Shown: positions 9,141 to 19,000 of the stretch, piece after piece
Layout of the letters: every line of letters begins with the position of its first letter
Position numbering within the stretch: the first letter of the stretch is position 1
Assembly (NCBI GenBank): GCA_963751345.1
Contig: CAVVUS010000049.1
Location: 50,220-114,219, forward strand
Direction of reading: 5' to 3'
Origin: an uncultured Chloroflexia bacterium
GTDB taxonomy: Bacteria > Chloroflexota > Anaerolineae > B4-G1 > SLSP01
DNA: 64,000 nucleotides
Program-made: the position numbers and the translations under genes
The notes under the pieces: model-generated
Databases searched by the model: none
Seen by the model: only the letters and a program-made list of their open reading frames with translations
Told to the model about the DNA's origin: nothing

Positions 9141-10199
9141 ATGTATTCCCGGGTCGCCCAAAGACTGGACGGCGTGTTGCATCGTGCCGAGATAGGCGAT
9201 CCGAGTTGTGGGCACGTGAGCTTCGATGTGCACACGGACCGTTACATCCTCTTCTCCGACCTGCATCGCGGGGCGCGAACTGCTGCGGATGAGTTTCAGG
9301 GGGCCGAACGTGCCTATCGCGCTGCGCTTGCGTACTATCTCGAACTCGGCTACACCCTGGTCGTCCTGGGCGATGCCGAGGAGCTCTGGGAGGAACGTGC
9401 GGCTGCTGTTCTGGCTTCCTATGGTGAGACTTTCGAGCTCGAGGCAGAGTTCCATCGCCGGAGGAGATACCTGAGGATCTGGGGCAATCACGATGACGAG
9501 TGGCAGTATCCGGCCGGGGTTGGTCGGCTATTGGCACCTGTCTACGGATCACCTCGACTGCAGGTTTATGAGGGCATCCTTGTCGAGATGACCGAGGGTG
9601 ATCGGACCTTGGGCCGGCTGTTCCTTGTGCATGGCCATCAGGGCGATGCGAGAAGCGATCGTTGGGCGTGGGCTTCGAAGCTGGTGATCCGCTATCTCTG
9701 GCGTCCCTATCAGCGATTGACGCGAGCGAGGATCAACACACCTGCGACAAGCTGGGGCCTCCGTGACAAGCTCAACCGCGCGATGTACGCGTGGGCGGAA
9801 ACGCAAGGCAAGCTGGTGTTGATCGCGGGACATACACACCATCCGGTCTTCAGGTCGATGTCGCACGAGGCGCGAATCCGGGCGCGGCTGGCGGAGCTCG
9901 AAGCAGCCGCCGGAGATCCGATGCTGCCCTCCGAACGGCTGGAAATCGCCTACCTGCGCGCACAATTCCAGTGGGTCCGGACGTCTAATCAAGGGTCCCA
10001 GCGGCAGCCGGAGGGGATCTCCTTCGATACGCCCTGTTATTTCAACACCGGATGCTGCTGCTATGATGACGGTGACATCACGGGCCTTGAGATCGCTGAC
10101 GGCGAGATCCGCTTGGTGCGGTGGCCCGACGATTATGGCGAACCACGTCCTCACGTGCTTGATCGCGACAGGCTGGACGCCGTGCTGGCTGCTTGCTGA
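9141..10199 (+). CDS. Calcineurin-like metallophosphoesterase
   Basis: SDLH, LGDAEE, GNHD, HGH, AGHTH, YFNTG motifs; ATG 9141 preferred over the ORF-track start. Confidence 0.85.
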   Translation: MYSRVAQRLDGVLHRAEIGDPSCGHVSFDVHTDRYILFSDLHRGARTAADEFQGAERAYRAALAYYLELGYTLVVLGDAEELWEERAAAVLASYGETFELEAEFHRRRRYLRIWGNHDDEWQYPAGVGRLLAPVYGSPRLQVYEGILVEMTEGDRTLGRLFLVHGHQGDARSDRWAWASKLVIRYLWRPYQRLTRARINTPATSWGLRDKLNRAMYAWAETQGKLVLIAGHTHHPVFRSMSHEARIRARLAELEAAAGDPMLPSERLEIAYLRAQFQWVRTSNQGSQRQPEGISFDTPCYFNTGCCCYDDGDITGLEIADGEIRLVRWPDDYGEPRPHVLDRDRLDAVLAAC

Positions 10200-10215
10200 C
10201 CGGCTCTGTTAACGG

Positions 10216-11267
10216 TCAGTTTCTGACCATCACCTTGATGGTCTCCGACCGGTGTGCAGAGGCGAACTCAAAGGCTTCGACAACCTCTGTGAAAGCGAAG
10301 CGGTGCGACACAAGCCGGTCGACGTGGAGCCTTCCCGACGCCAGCAGGCTGATCGCGGTCGGGTAGGTGTTGGCGTAGCGGTTGACTCCCCGCACGTCCA
10401 GTTCCTTTGTCCAGGACAACCTCAATCGGGAAGTCGACGGTGGAACTCTCCGGCCAACCCACGAGGGTGACCACGCCGCCACGCTTGGCGAGGTGCGGCG
10501 TGAGTTTGCACGCGGTCGACGAGCCGCTTGTGTCGAAGACGACATCCACGCCGCGACCGTGGGTCAGCTCTGCGATCGCCTCGACGGGGTCGGATCGCAG
10601 CGACCGTTGATGGGCGTCGCGCCCAGCGAGCCGCCAGCGCTCAGCCGGTTGGCCAGGAGATCCACGGCGAACGCTTGCGTCGCGCCATAGGCCCGAGCGA
10701 CGAGGAGCGTCACCAGGCCGATAGGGCCGGCACCCAGCACGGCGATCGTGTCGCCCGCGTGGAGACCCGCCCGGTTGCACGCCTGAATGCCCACGCTCAC
10801 CGGCTCCACAAAGCCGCCGCCTCGTCGTCCACCGTGTCGGGCACCGGATGGGCGAAGTCGGCTGCCACAGCAGCGTACCCGGCAAAGGTCCCGTTTACGG
10901 GTGGCGCCGACATAAAGACGACGTCAGGGCAGAGATTGTAGCGTCCGGACTTGCACATCTCACAGCGTCGGCACGGAACGCCCGGTTCGATCGCCACCCG
11001 ACTGCCCAGAGCAGGGCCGCTACCCGAGGCTGCTGCCTGTGCCACGACGCCGCACGCCTCGTGGCCCGGGATGTAGGGCGAGGTGACTACGAAGGGGCCG
11101 AGTTGGCCGCGCTCATAGAAATGAATGTCGGATCCGCAGAGCCCGTTCGTCGTGATGCGCACCAGCACTTCGTCAGGTCTGGGTTTCGGCGTCGCCACGC
11201 GTTCGTAGCGGAGATCGCGTGCGCTGTAGAGCACGGCTGCATCCATCGTTGCGGGCGTTTCGACCAT
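10216..11267 (-). CDS. Zn-dependent NAD(P) polyol dehydrogenase (sorbitol/xylitol dehydrogenase-like); about 3 apparent frameshifts
   Basis: GLCGSDIH, GHE, CRRCEMCKSGRYNLC, EPVSVG, GAGPIG, DVVFDTSG, RYAN..P motifs spread over consecutive frames. Confidence 0.85.
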
Positions 11268-11303
11268 GGCGATGCTCCTTATCGATGCGGAAACCTGGGC
11301 ACC

Positions 11304-11393
11304 CCAGCAAGGTTTGTAGTAACGACTTCAGTCGTTCTGGCACCTCAGAAGGCGCTACCAGAACCGATGAATCGGTTACTACAAACCTGCTGG
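11304..11393. repeat. GTAG-type REP doublet in inverted orientation (REPIN-like)
   Basis: GTAGT-AACGAC-TTCA-GTCGTT at 11316-11336 and, on the minus strand, GTAGT-AACCGA-TTCA-TCGGTT at 11362-11382, inside a larger imperfect inverted repeat. Confidence 0.75.
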
Positions 11394-11406
11394 CCGTTTG
11401 TGGTTC

Positions 11407-12309
11407 TTACGAGTGCTTTGCTTCGATCCCGAATGCTCGTGCGACCTCTGTCAACTCCTCCATCCGCTCCTTGGTAGGCGGCGTCAGCGTGGCGGCGTCG
11501 TAGGCCATGTCCAGACTATCGTACTTGCTCGTGGCCATCGCGTGGAAGCGCAGAAGCTCGTAGGAGGCCAGGTTGGGCAGGCCTGCCACGAAGCCTGCTA
11601 TCTCAGCGATGGTCGCCTCATCATCATTGACGCCCGGCACGATGGGCGTCCGGACGATGAGCGGTTTGCCCGTCTCGCCCAGACGCTTGGCGTTCTCCAG
11701 GATCCGTTCGTTGGGGACGCCAACGAAGGTGCGATGGCGCTCGGAGTTCATCAGTTTCACGTCCATCATCACCAGGTCGGTGACGGGTAGAACCCGCTCG
11801 ATGCGCTCCCACGGCATGTTCGCCGCGGTCTCGATGGCGGTGTGGATGCCGGCATCGTGGCAGCGCGCCAGGACCGCTTCGGTGAATTCGAGCTGGAGCA
11901 ACGGATCGCCGCCCGAGAGCGTCACGCCGCCGCCCGAGGTCTCATAGAACGCGCGGTCGCGCAACACGGTCTCGACGACATCGTCAACGGTCTTGGTCTC
12001 GCCGATCAGGACGAGCGCCTTCGCGTAGCATGTCTCGGTGCATACCCCGCAGCCGATGCACACCGAGCGATCGAAGAGATGCTCGCCATCGACGAGGGTA
12101 TGCGCGCCCTGCGGGCAGCGCTCGAAGCACTCACCACACCCGATGCAGCGGTCCAGGAAGAGCTGCAATTGCGGCTTCGGGCTCAGCGTCTCCGGGTTGT
12201 GGCACCAGAAGCAGCGTTGGTTGCAGCCCTTCAGAAAGACCGTCGTACGGATGCCTGGGCCATCGTGGATCGAAAAGTGTTGGATATCTGTGACGATGCC
12301 TTCGATCAT
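11407..12309 (-). CDS. Glycyl-radical enzyme activating enzyme (radical SAM with 2x[4Fe-4S] ferredoxin insert)
   Basis: HDGPGIRTTVFLKGCNQRCFWCHNPE; CIGCGECFERC and CIGCGVCTETC; GGVTLSGGDP. Confidence 0.95.
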   Translation of the reverse strand: MIEGIVTDIQHFSIHDGPGIRTTVFLKGCNQRCFWCHNPETLSPKPQLQLFLDRCIGCGECFERCPQGAHTLVDGEHLFDRSVCIGCGVCTETCYAKALVLIGETKTVDDVVETVLRDRAFYETSGGGVTLSGGDPLLQLEFTEAVLARCHDAGIHTAIETAANMPWERIERVLPVTDLVMMDVKLMNSERHRTFVGVPNERILENAKRLGETGKPLIVRTPIVPGVNDDEATIAEIAGFVAGLPNLASYELLRFHAMATSKYDSLDMAYDAATLTPPTKERMEELTEVARAFGIEAKHS

Positions 12310-12317
12310 CAGATGGC

Positions 12318-14573
12318 TCAGCTCTCCGCGAGGATCCGGTCGACGATCGGCTGCCGGTACTCGCGCGACAGCGAGTTGAAATAGGCGCTGTAGCCCGTGA
12401 CCCTGATCATCAGATCGGGATGGGTGGATGGGTCCTCGTGGGCTTCCACGACCTTCTCCTTGGAGATCACGTTCATGTTGATGAGCGTGCCGCCCTGGCG
12501 GTTGTGCGCCATGATAAAGGCCATCACCGCGTCGACACCGCCCATGCTCTTGACCAGTTTGTCATCCAGCTCCACTTGCAGTGGGGTGGTGTTTCCCCAT
12601 CCCGACTGCGTGGCTGCCACAGCGTTGGCCTTGGCCGTAAGTGCCACCGCACCTCCGGGCAAGAAGCCCGGATCGGGGTCGGCGCTGTGCGACACAGGCG
12701 TGAAGGCGTGGCGTCCATTAGGCGTCGCGCCAAGCCGCCTGCCGTAGGTATTCGTGTTCCCGTGTGAGAAGAGGCCCGGGACGCAGATGTAGTGTCCCTT
12801 TGGCGTGGGGGTGTCCCGCACCAGGTGCGTCCAGAGGTCGGCGATCCGCTCAGCCCACCAGTCGGCGCGCGAGCCGCCGCTGCCGTACCGTGGGATGTTG
12901 TGGAGCATCAGCCGGACGGCCTCCGCACCCTCGAAATCGTTCTCCAGGTGCTGCATCAGGGCTTCCCAACTCAGCCGCTTCTCCTCTACGACGCGCTGCT
13001 CGATCGCCGCGAAGGAGTCGGCTACCGTGGCAAGTCCGATGGCGTCGAAGGCCAGGTCGATGATGTCCAGTCCACCTGCGGAGGCATCGAGCCCGCGTTC
13101 CACAGGGCCGTGGCAGAAGAGGTTGAGCACGATCTCGGTGTAGTTGTCGGCCTGGCGCTCCATATGGATGTCCTTGCCGACCTTGACCGCCTGGACGACG
13201 ATGCTGAGGTGCTCGGCATAGCGGCGCCAGACCTCGTCCATCGTCCTATGGGCCTTCTCGTCCGCCATCATGTCGTCGAGGGCCAGCAGGAGAGGGGTGA
13301 TCAGGCAGAGACGCGTGCCATCCTGGATGCTGTACTCGAAACCCGGTAGTGCCGTCCAGTTGCAGCCGACCTTGGCGCGCATGCGGGCCAGCCCGATCGG
13401 GTAACCGTTCTTGGCAAAGCCCTCATCCAGCCCGCCGGAGAGCGCAAAGTCGACGCCTGTGCCATCCTCGATCATGTACTCCAGCGCTTGCCGGAGCAGG
13501 CTCTGGTCCATGCCCTCCCAAACACGCAGAGCGATGTTGGTGGGGATCTTGATGCGGTGCATCGCCTCCAGGATCAGGAACGACATCTCGCTCGTCAGGT
13601 CGTGCCCGTCAGCGGCTTGCCCGCCGATCTGCGAGTAGTGCGGATCGTTGAAGAACATGCTGGCGATATGCCAGACAATCGACTCGTCGGTCTCGCGACC
13701 GGCGGCGATATCGGCCTCGTAGTAGGGGCGCAGCAGCTCGTCAAGCTGACCCAGTGCGCCGCCCAGCGCCCACATACGATCGATAGTCTGCGCCCAGACG
13801 ATGAACTGGCACGCCTCACGGAAGGTCCGCGGCGCGCCGTCGATGAGGTACTCATTGACCTCGGCGATGTCGAGCAGGTTCTGCTTGGTGAGCGGATCCG
13901 TCTCGCTGTCAGCCATCTCGCGGGCCAGGTCAACGTGACGCTGGATCCACGTCTGGACGCCAAGGATCAGGTCCTCCTCACCGTCGTAGAAGGAGGTGTC
14001 CTGTGGGTGATTGATCTCACGGAAGTGGCGCACCTTCTCCAGAAGCCCGCCCCAGCCCAACTCCAGCCCGATCAGCATGTCGGGGCCGAAGTGGTTCTTG
14101 TTGCCGATGCCGGGGCTGTAGGTGTTGTATTTCCTGTGGAGTTCGAAGAGACCTGTGGGGCGATCTTCGGGCTTCCAGCTGGTGGGGAAACTCCCATCGA
14201 CCAGGCGACGGCGCGGCTTCTTGGGATCGCGCTTGCCCATGCCCCGCTCCAGGTCGAAGCCACCGAGGCCGGGGATGCCCTTGTAGACCCAGGCACCTGC
14301 CATTGAGCTCGACGGATGAATGTAGAGCGGGTGAACCTCCAGCCAGCGGCGGAAGTTCATGCCGATGCATTTCATCCCGTAGCAACCGCCATCGGGATGG
14401 TTGGGGATCACCTCGAAGTCGATCGGCTCCGTCCAGGGGATATAGCCGTGGTCGTCGGTGTCGAAGTAGCCGAAGAGCTGGACCTTGAGGTCGGTGTGTT
14501 CCTTTTTTGTGTCGTGCAGAGCGTCAATACGTTGCTGGTAGATCGCGTCAGGTACGTCGCCAATGAGTGTCAT
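12318..14573 (-). CDS. Glycyl-radical enzyme (PFL superfamily) of unassigned subfamily
   Basis: C-terminal glycyl loop DLMIRVTGYSAYF; single-Cys loop KVGCNW; GATPNGR; GLATVADS; cognate activase 8 bp downstream. Confidence 0.92.
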   Translation of the reverse strand: MTLIGDVPDAIYQQRIDALHDTKKEHTDLKVQLFGYFDTDDHGYIPWTEPIDFEVIPNHPDGGCYGMKCIGMNFRRWLEVHPLYIHPSSSMAGAWVYKGIPGLGGFDLERGMGKRDPKKPRRRLVDGSFPTSWKPEDRPTGLFELHRKYNTYSPGIGNKNHFGPDMLIGLELGWGGLLEKVRHFREINHPQDTSFYDGEEDLILGVQTWIQRHVDLAREMADSETDPLTKQNLLDIAEVNEYLIDGAPRTFREACQFIVWAQTIDRMWALGGALGQLDELLRPYYEADIAAGRETDESIVWHIASMFFNDPHYSQIGGQAADGHDLTSEMSFLILEAMHRIKIPTNIALRVWEGMDQSLLRQALEYMIEDGTGVDFALSGGLDEGFAKNGYPIGLARMRAKVGCNWTALPGFEYSIQDGTRLCLITPLLLALDDMMADEKAHRTMDEVWRRYAEHLSIVVQAVKVGKDIHMERQADNYTEIVLNLFCHGPVERGLDASAGGLDIIDLAFDAIGLATVADSFAAIEQRVVEEKRLSWEALMQHLENDFEGAEAVRLMLHNIPRYGSGGSRADWWAERIADLWTHLVRDTPTPKGHYICVPGLFSHGNTNTYGRRLGATPNGRHAFTPVSHSADPDPGFLPGGAVALTAKANAVAATQSGWGNTTPLQVELDDKLVKSMGGVDAVMAFIMAHNRQGGTLINMNVISKEKVVEAHEDPSTHPDLMIRVTGYSAYFNSLSREYRQPIVDRILAES

Positions 14574-14663
14574 CGATGTTCACCTCCGTGAGAGTAGTAT
14601 ACCACGGGGAAGGAGGGATGCGCCAGGGGAAGATTGGACTCAATCCACCGGAATTAGTCCGAT

Positions 14664-17600
14664 CTAGCCCTCGCCTGCTCGCACCAACAGCGTCGTCTCC
14701 TGCCGGACGTTGGCGGAGGAGCTGCCGATCATCACGCGGACCGTGCCGGGCTCGGTCTCCCAGCGCCCGCGGTCGGGGTTCCAGTGCGCCAACGAGTCCC
14801 GGTCGAGGGTGAACTCTACCGTGTGTGTCTCGCCCTGGAGCAGCGTGATGCGGCGGAAGCCCTTGAGTTCCTTCGCCGGCCGGTCGACGCTCGAGTTGAG
14901 GTGCTGAATGTAGAGCTGCACCACCTCGTCGCCCGCGCGATCCCCCGTGTTGGTCACGTCGACGCTCACGGTCACCGCGGCCTCGGGGCCGAGTTCGGGT
15001 GCGCTCAGCCGCAGGTTGCTGTACTCGAACGTGGTGTAGCTCAGGCCGTAGCCGAATGGATAGAGCGGCTCGCCCTTGAAGTACATATAGGTGCGGCCGT
15101 TGCGGAGGTCGTAGTCGAGCCGCGGCGGCAGTTGCTCGATCGTCCGGGGCCAGGTCTGGACGAGCTTCCCACCGGGGTTGACATCGCCAAAGAGGACGTC
15201 CGCCAGCGCGTTGCCCAACTCCTGGCTGTTGTGGGTGAGGTGGACGATCGCGGGCACGTTGTGCTCGAGTCCAGGTGATGGCGAAGGGGAAGCTCGCGAG
15301 CAGCACGACGATCGTGTTCGGGTTCGCGCGGTAGATCTCCTTGACCAACGCTTCCTGCTCCAGCACGATCGCGCGGCGGTCGATGGCCTCCTTGCCGTCG
15401 CTGGGGGTGGGGCACTCGGCCCATCCTGCGTCGCAGGTGGGGTGGTTGCCCACGACGACGATCGCGACGTCGGCCGCGCGGGCCAGTTCGGCCGCGGCGC
15501 CGCCCTCGTTGTCCCTGGCGTAGGTCACCTCGACGCCCGCCCCGGCCCTGGCGCGGATGCCCTCCAGCGCCGAGACGGTGTAGGGGGGCGTGCCGCTGTA
15601 CCAGTCGAGCGCGACGTCATCGGCCCGCGGGCCGATGACGGCGATTGAGGTCACCTCGTCGGCATTCAGCGGCAGTAGGCGATCTCCGCCGGAAACGGGC
15701 GCGTTCTTGAGCAGCACGATCGACCGCTGGGTGACCAGGCGGGCAAGCGCCTTGTGCTCGGCGCTGTCCCACGGCTCGGGCTCGCCCTCGCGCCCGATCT
15801 CGCTGTAGGGCACCTGCTCGGGCGGGTCCAGCATCCCCAGCTTGATCATCACGCGGAAGACGCCGCGCAGGACGGCGTCGATCTCCGCCTCGGTGAGCAG
15901 GCCCTGGGCGAGCGCGCCCTCCGTCCCCTCGCGGTAGCGGTCCAGGAACTGGTTGATCCCCGCCTTGATGGAGGCAGCGGCGGCCATCTCCGGGTCGGGG
16001 TAGTACTTGTGCTCGGTGACGAGCATCGTCAAGGCACCGGCGTCGGTGCAGATGATGCCGTCCTGGCCCCACTCTTCGACTGTGATCTCCCTGAGGATCG
16101 GGTGGACGGTGCAGGGAATGCCGTTGACGGCGTTGTAGGCTGCCATATAGGCGCGCGCGCCGCCCTCCACGATGCCCCTGCGGAAGGGCTCGGCGTAGTA
16201 CTCGCGGAGCAACCGCTGGTCGAAGTTCGACGAGGAGCGCACGCGCTCGTCCTCGTTGCTGTTGGCGAGGAAGTGCTTGAGCAGCGAGGCTGTCTGCCAG
16301 TAGCGTGGGTGATCGCCCTGCAGTCCCCTCACGAAGGCCGCCACCAGCGTCCCGTTCAAGTAGGGGTCCTCGCCGTAGCATTCCTCGTTGCGGCCCCAGC
16401 GGATGTCGCGGCCGAGGTCGGCGTTGGGCGCGCGCACGACGAGCCCGCCCTGCCGGTAGCGCCTGCTCTGTGCCATATAGCGCGTCTCGTATCCCTCAAC
16501 GGCTGCGGCGCGCTGTATCAGGTCGGGATCCCACGTTTCTCCAAGGCCGATAGCCTGGGGAAACTGCGTCGTCGGAACCACTGTCGGACGTCCCCACCCG
16601 CCCGGCCCGCCCATAGCCAGCCCGTGGAGGCCCTCGACGTGGCCGGTGCCCCAGATGCCCAGCCGTGGGACGTCGGGCACGGTGCCCAAGCAAGCGACCT
16701 TCTCGTCGAGGGTCATGCGGGAAAGGATGTCGTCGACCCGCGCCTCGACGGGCAGGTCGGGATCGGCGAAAGGGAATCCGGCGCGGTAGCGGCGGACGAT
16801 CTCCACCGTGTCGCCTGTGTCCTCCAGTTCGAGCAGCAGCGCGCGCTCGTTCGGGCTCCTGTTGGGATGGTGCAGCGCGACCATCGGCGTGCCGTCAAAG
16901 GTGTGGAAGATCATCGCGTGCCCGCCATCCTCCGCGAAGAGAGGGCGAGGGTGCTGTACCCACGGGCCGAAGAGGCTCCCGGATTCCGAGGCCGCAATCA
17001 AGGTCGTGTAGCCGCGCCAACCAAATGTGGACCAGAGCATCAGCAGGCGACCGCTCTTGGTCCGGTAGAGAAACGGTCCGTCCGTGATGTACCGATCCCC
17101 GCCCGGACGTGCCACAGGAGCGTCACTGCCCCTGAACAACGTAACCGGCTCACCGACTGTGTCCGATAGATCGTCGGCCAGACGAACGCACTCGACGGTG
17201 CCGTCTGCGATCTGCACCCACTCGTGGCAGTAGACCATATAGGGGACACCGTCCTCGATCCAGAGCGTGCCGTCAAGCGCCATCTGGTCGGTGGGGGTGT
17301 GGGCCCGATTGTGGAAGGGCCGAAAGGGCCCCAGCGGCGACTCGCCGACGAGGACCTGGGAGCCGCGCATGACGAGGGGCGGCCAGTCCTCGGCTTCCCC
17401 AGCGGCGACCGGCGGTTGGGCGTTGGGAAGGGGTATGTGGGTGTTGAAGGTGACGAAGAGGTAGAACTTGCCCCGGTAGGCGTGCATCTCGGGCGCCCAG
17501 ATGGACCCCTGCGCCCAGAAGTCGGGCGGCGTCTCGAAGACGGGGGTGGGTCCACGCCACGTCTCCAGGTCCTGGCTCGTGTAGACGCCCACGCCGGGCC

Positions 17601-17730
17601 GCGGACGTTCCGAGGAGGGGTGCAGTGACGCGACCAGGTAGTAGGTCTGCGTGGCAGCGTCGGGCAGGATGAAGGGATCGCGGATGCGCAGGTCGGCCAG
17701 GCTGAAGGCGTTCTCGGGGGCTGGGGTCAT
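14664..17730 (-). CDS. GH43 + GH3 (beta-glucosidase/xylosidase, with Fn3-like C-terminus) fusion; apparent frameshift ~15260
   Basis: GH43 IRDPFI, WAPE, DGTL, ITDGPF; GH3 RWGRNEECYGEDP, KHFLAN, CTDAG; C-terminal PLYPFGYGLSYT, DEVVQLY, KELKGF in ORF 14664-15257; AAGGAG RBS. Confidence 0.88.
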
Positions 17731-17747
17731 TATGAACTCCTTACGCG

Positions 17748-17784
17748 TAGAAACGTTGGCACGCTAACACGTTTCCATGTTAGC
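17748..17784. promoter_or_regulatory. Putative LacI-family operator(s) upstream of the GH43-GH3 gene
   Basis: TAGAAACGTTGGCA (17748-17761, central AACGTT) and GCTAACA-N8-TGTTAGC inverted repeat (17763-17784). Confidence 0.45.
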
Positions 17785-18086
17785 ACGGGCGCCTCCGAAC
17801 GCGAGCGCACCGGAACGCGAATCCGCATCTCTTCCGGGAAGGTGGCCGTGCCTTCCCGCAAGATGGGGTGAGCTGAATTGGTCGACCGGATGAGCATTGT
17901 GGACGCAGAAACGATTGTGGAAGGTGGATCCGGACGTCTACCGGCATACGCCTAGCATAGCACGAGGTCGCCTTGCACCACGCGCGGGCCAACTGCCGCG
18001 ACCCTAGGTATTTCACTCCTCCAGTCCTGGAAGGTCAAATCCTGGCGCTGCAGGGACAGCTTCCCGGAAGCTGAGTACGCCCCGGT

Positions 18087-19000
18087 CTAGCTGACCGGGT
18101 TGGGTTGTGCCAACCTGGCGAGGTCGGGCGCCTCCATGCGCGGGCCGGGGTAGCGCGGTCACTTCGCCAAACCGACGGTGTTGCTCCCAATCCTTCGCGC
18201 GCCTGCGCGATTTCGTCGCGAGTGCGGGCCACGAAGTTCCACCACATCAGGATCTGCTCGGAGAAAGGCGGCCCACCGACCAGGAGGACGCGGCCTCCCT
18301 CGCGGCTGCTCAGCGAGGCTGACGGCCGTCCGACATCCAGGACGTTGAGCATGTTTTCACCAAGGGCCTTGCCCTCGAAGGTGACGTCTCCCTGCAAGAG
18401 GAGCAGAGCGTGCTCGTAGCTCGGGTCCAAGCCGAAGGTCGTCGCCTCTCCCGCGTGGATTGACACATCCGCACCCAGGATCTCCGAATAGTGACGCACG
18501 GGCGAGGTCACATCCTGCAGCGAGCCGGAGAAGACCCGGATGATGCCGCCCGGCTGCTCGACGACGGGCACCTCGGCGACGCTTTCGAACGTGGGCGCTC
18601 CCTCGCGATGCGCGTCGGGCAGCGCCGCCCAGAGCTGGATGCCGTTCAACCGCCCACTGTTGGGCGTTGGGCTCCTCTCGGCGTGGGCAATTCCGTGACC
18701 GGCTGTCATCACGTTGACCCCACCGGGCCTCACGATGGCCTTGTAGCCCTGGCTGTCATTGTGCTGGACCTCACCCTCGATCAGCCACGTGACCGTCTGT
18801 ATGCCGATGTGAGGGTGGGGGGCGATGTCCATCGGGCTCGTCTCACCGAATGAGACCGGTCCGAAGTGATCCAGAAAACACCACGGGCCGATCATCCGGC
18901 GCTCCCGGATGGGCAGCGCCCGTGCGACGCTCAGCTCGCCGAGACTGACGTTTCGGCTCGGGTACGACTCAAATGGCTGGATAGCGATCGGTGATGTCAT
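18087..19000 (-). CDS. Pirin family protein (copy 2); apparent frameshift ~18190
   Basis: IGPWCFLDHFGP, PHPHIG, MTAGHGIAHAE, WWNFVAR; ATGA overlap with upstream pirin. Confidence 0.85.

Noticed and set aside
12318-14573. Calling the GRE pyruvate formate-lyase (pflB) or choline TMA-lyase (cutC)
   Set aside because: Lacks the Cys-Cys pair of PFL and the GCVE-type loop of CutC and dehydratases
17780-18016. 78-aa ORF with GGAGG upstream
   Set aside because: SD lies only 1 nt from the GTG, the composition is not protein-like, and it overlaps the likely regulatory region
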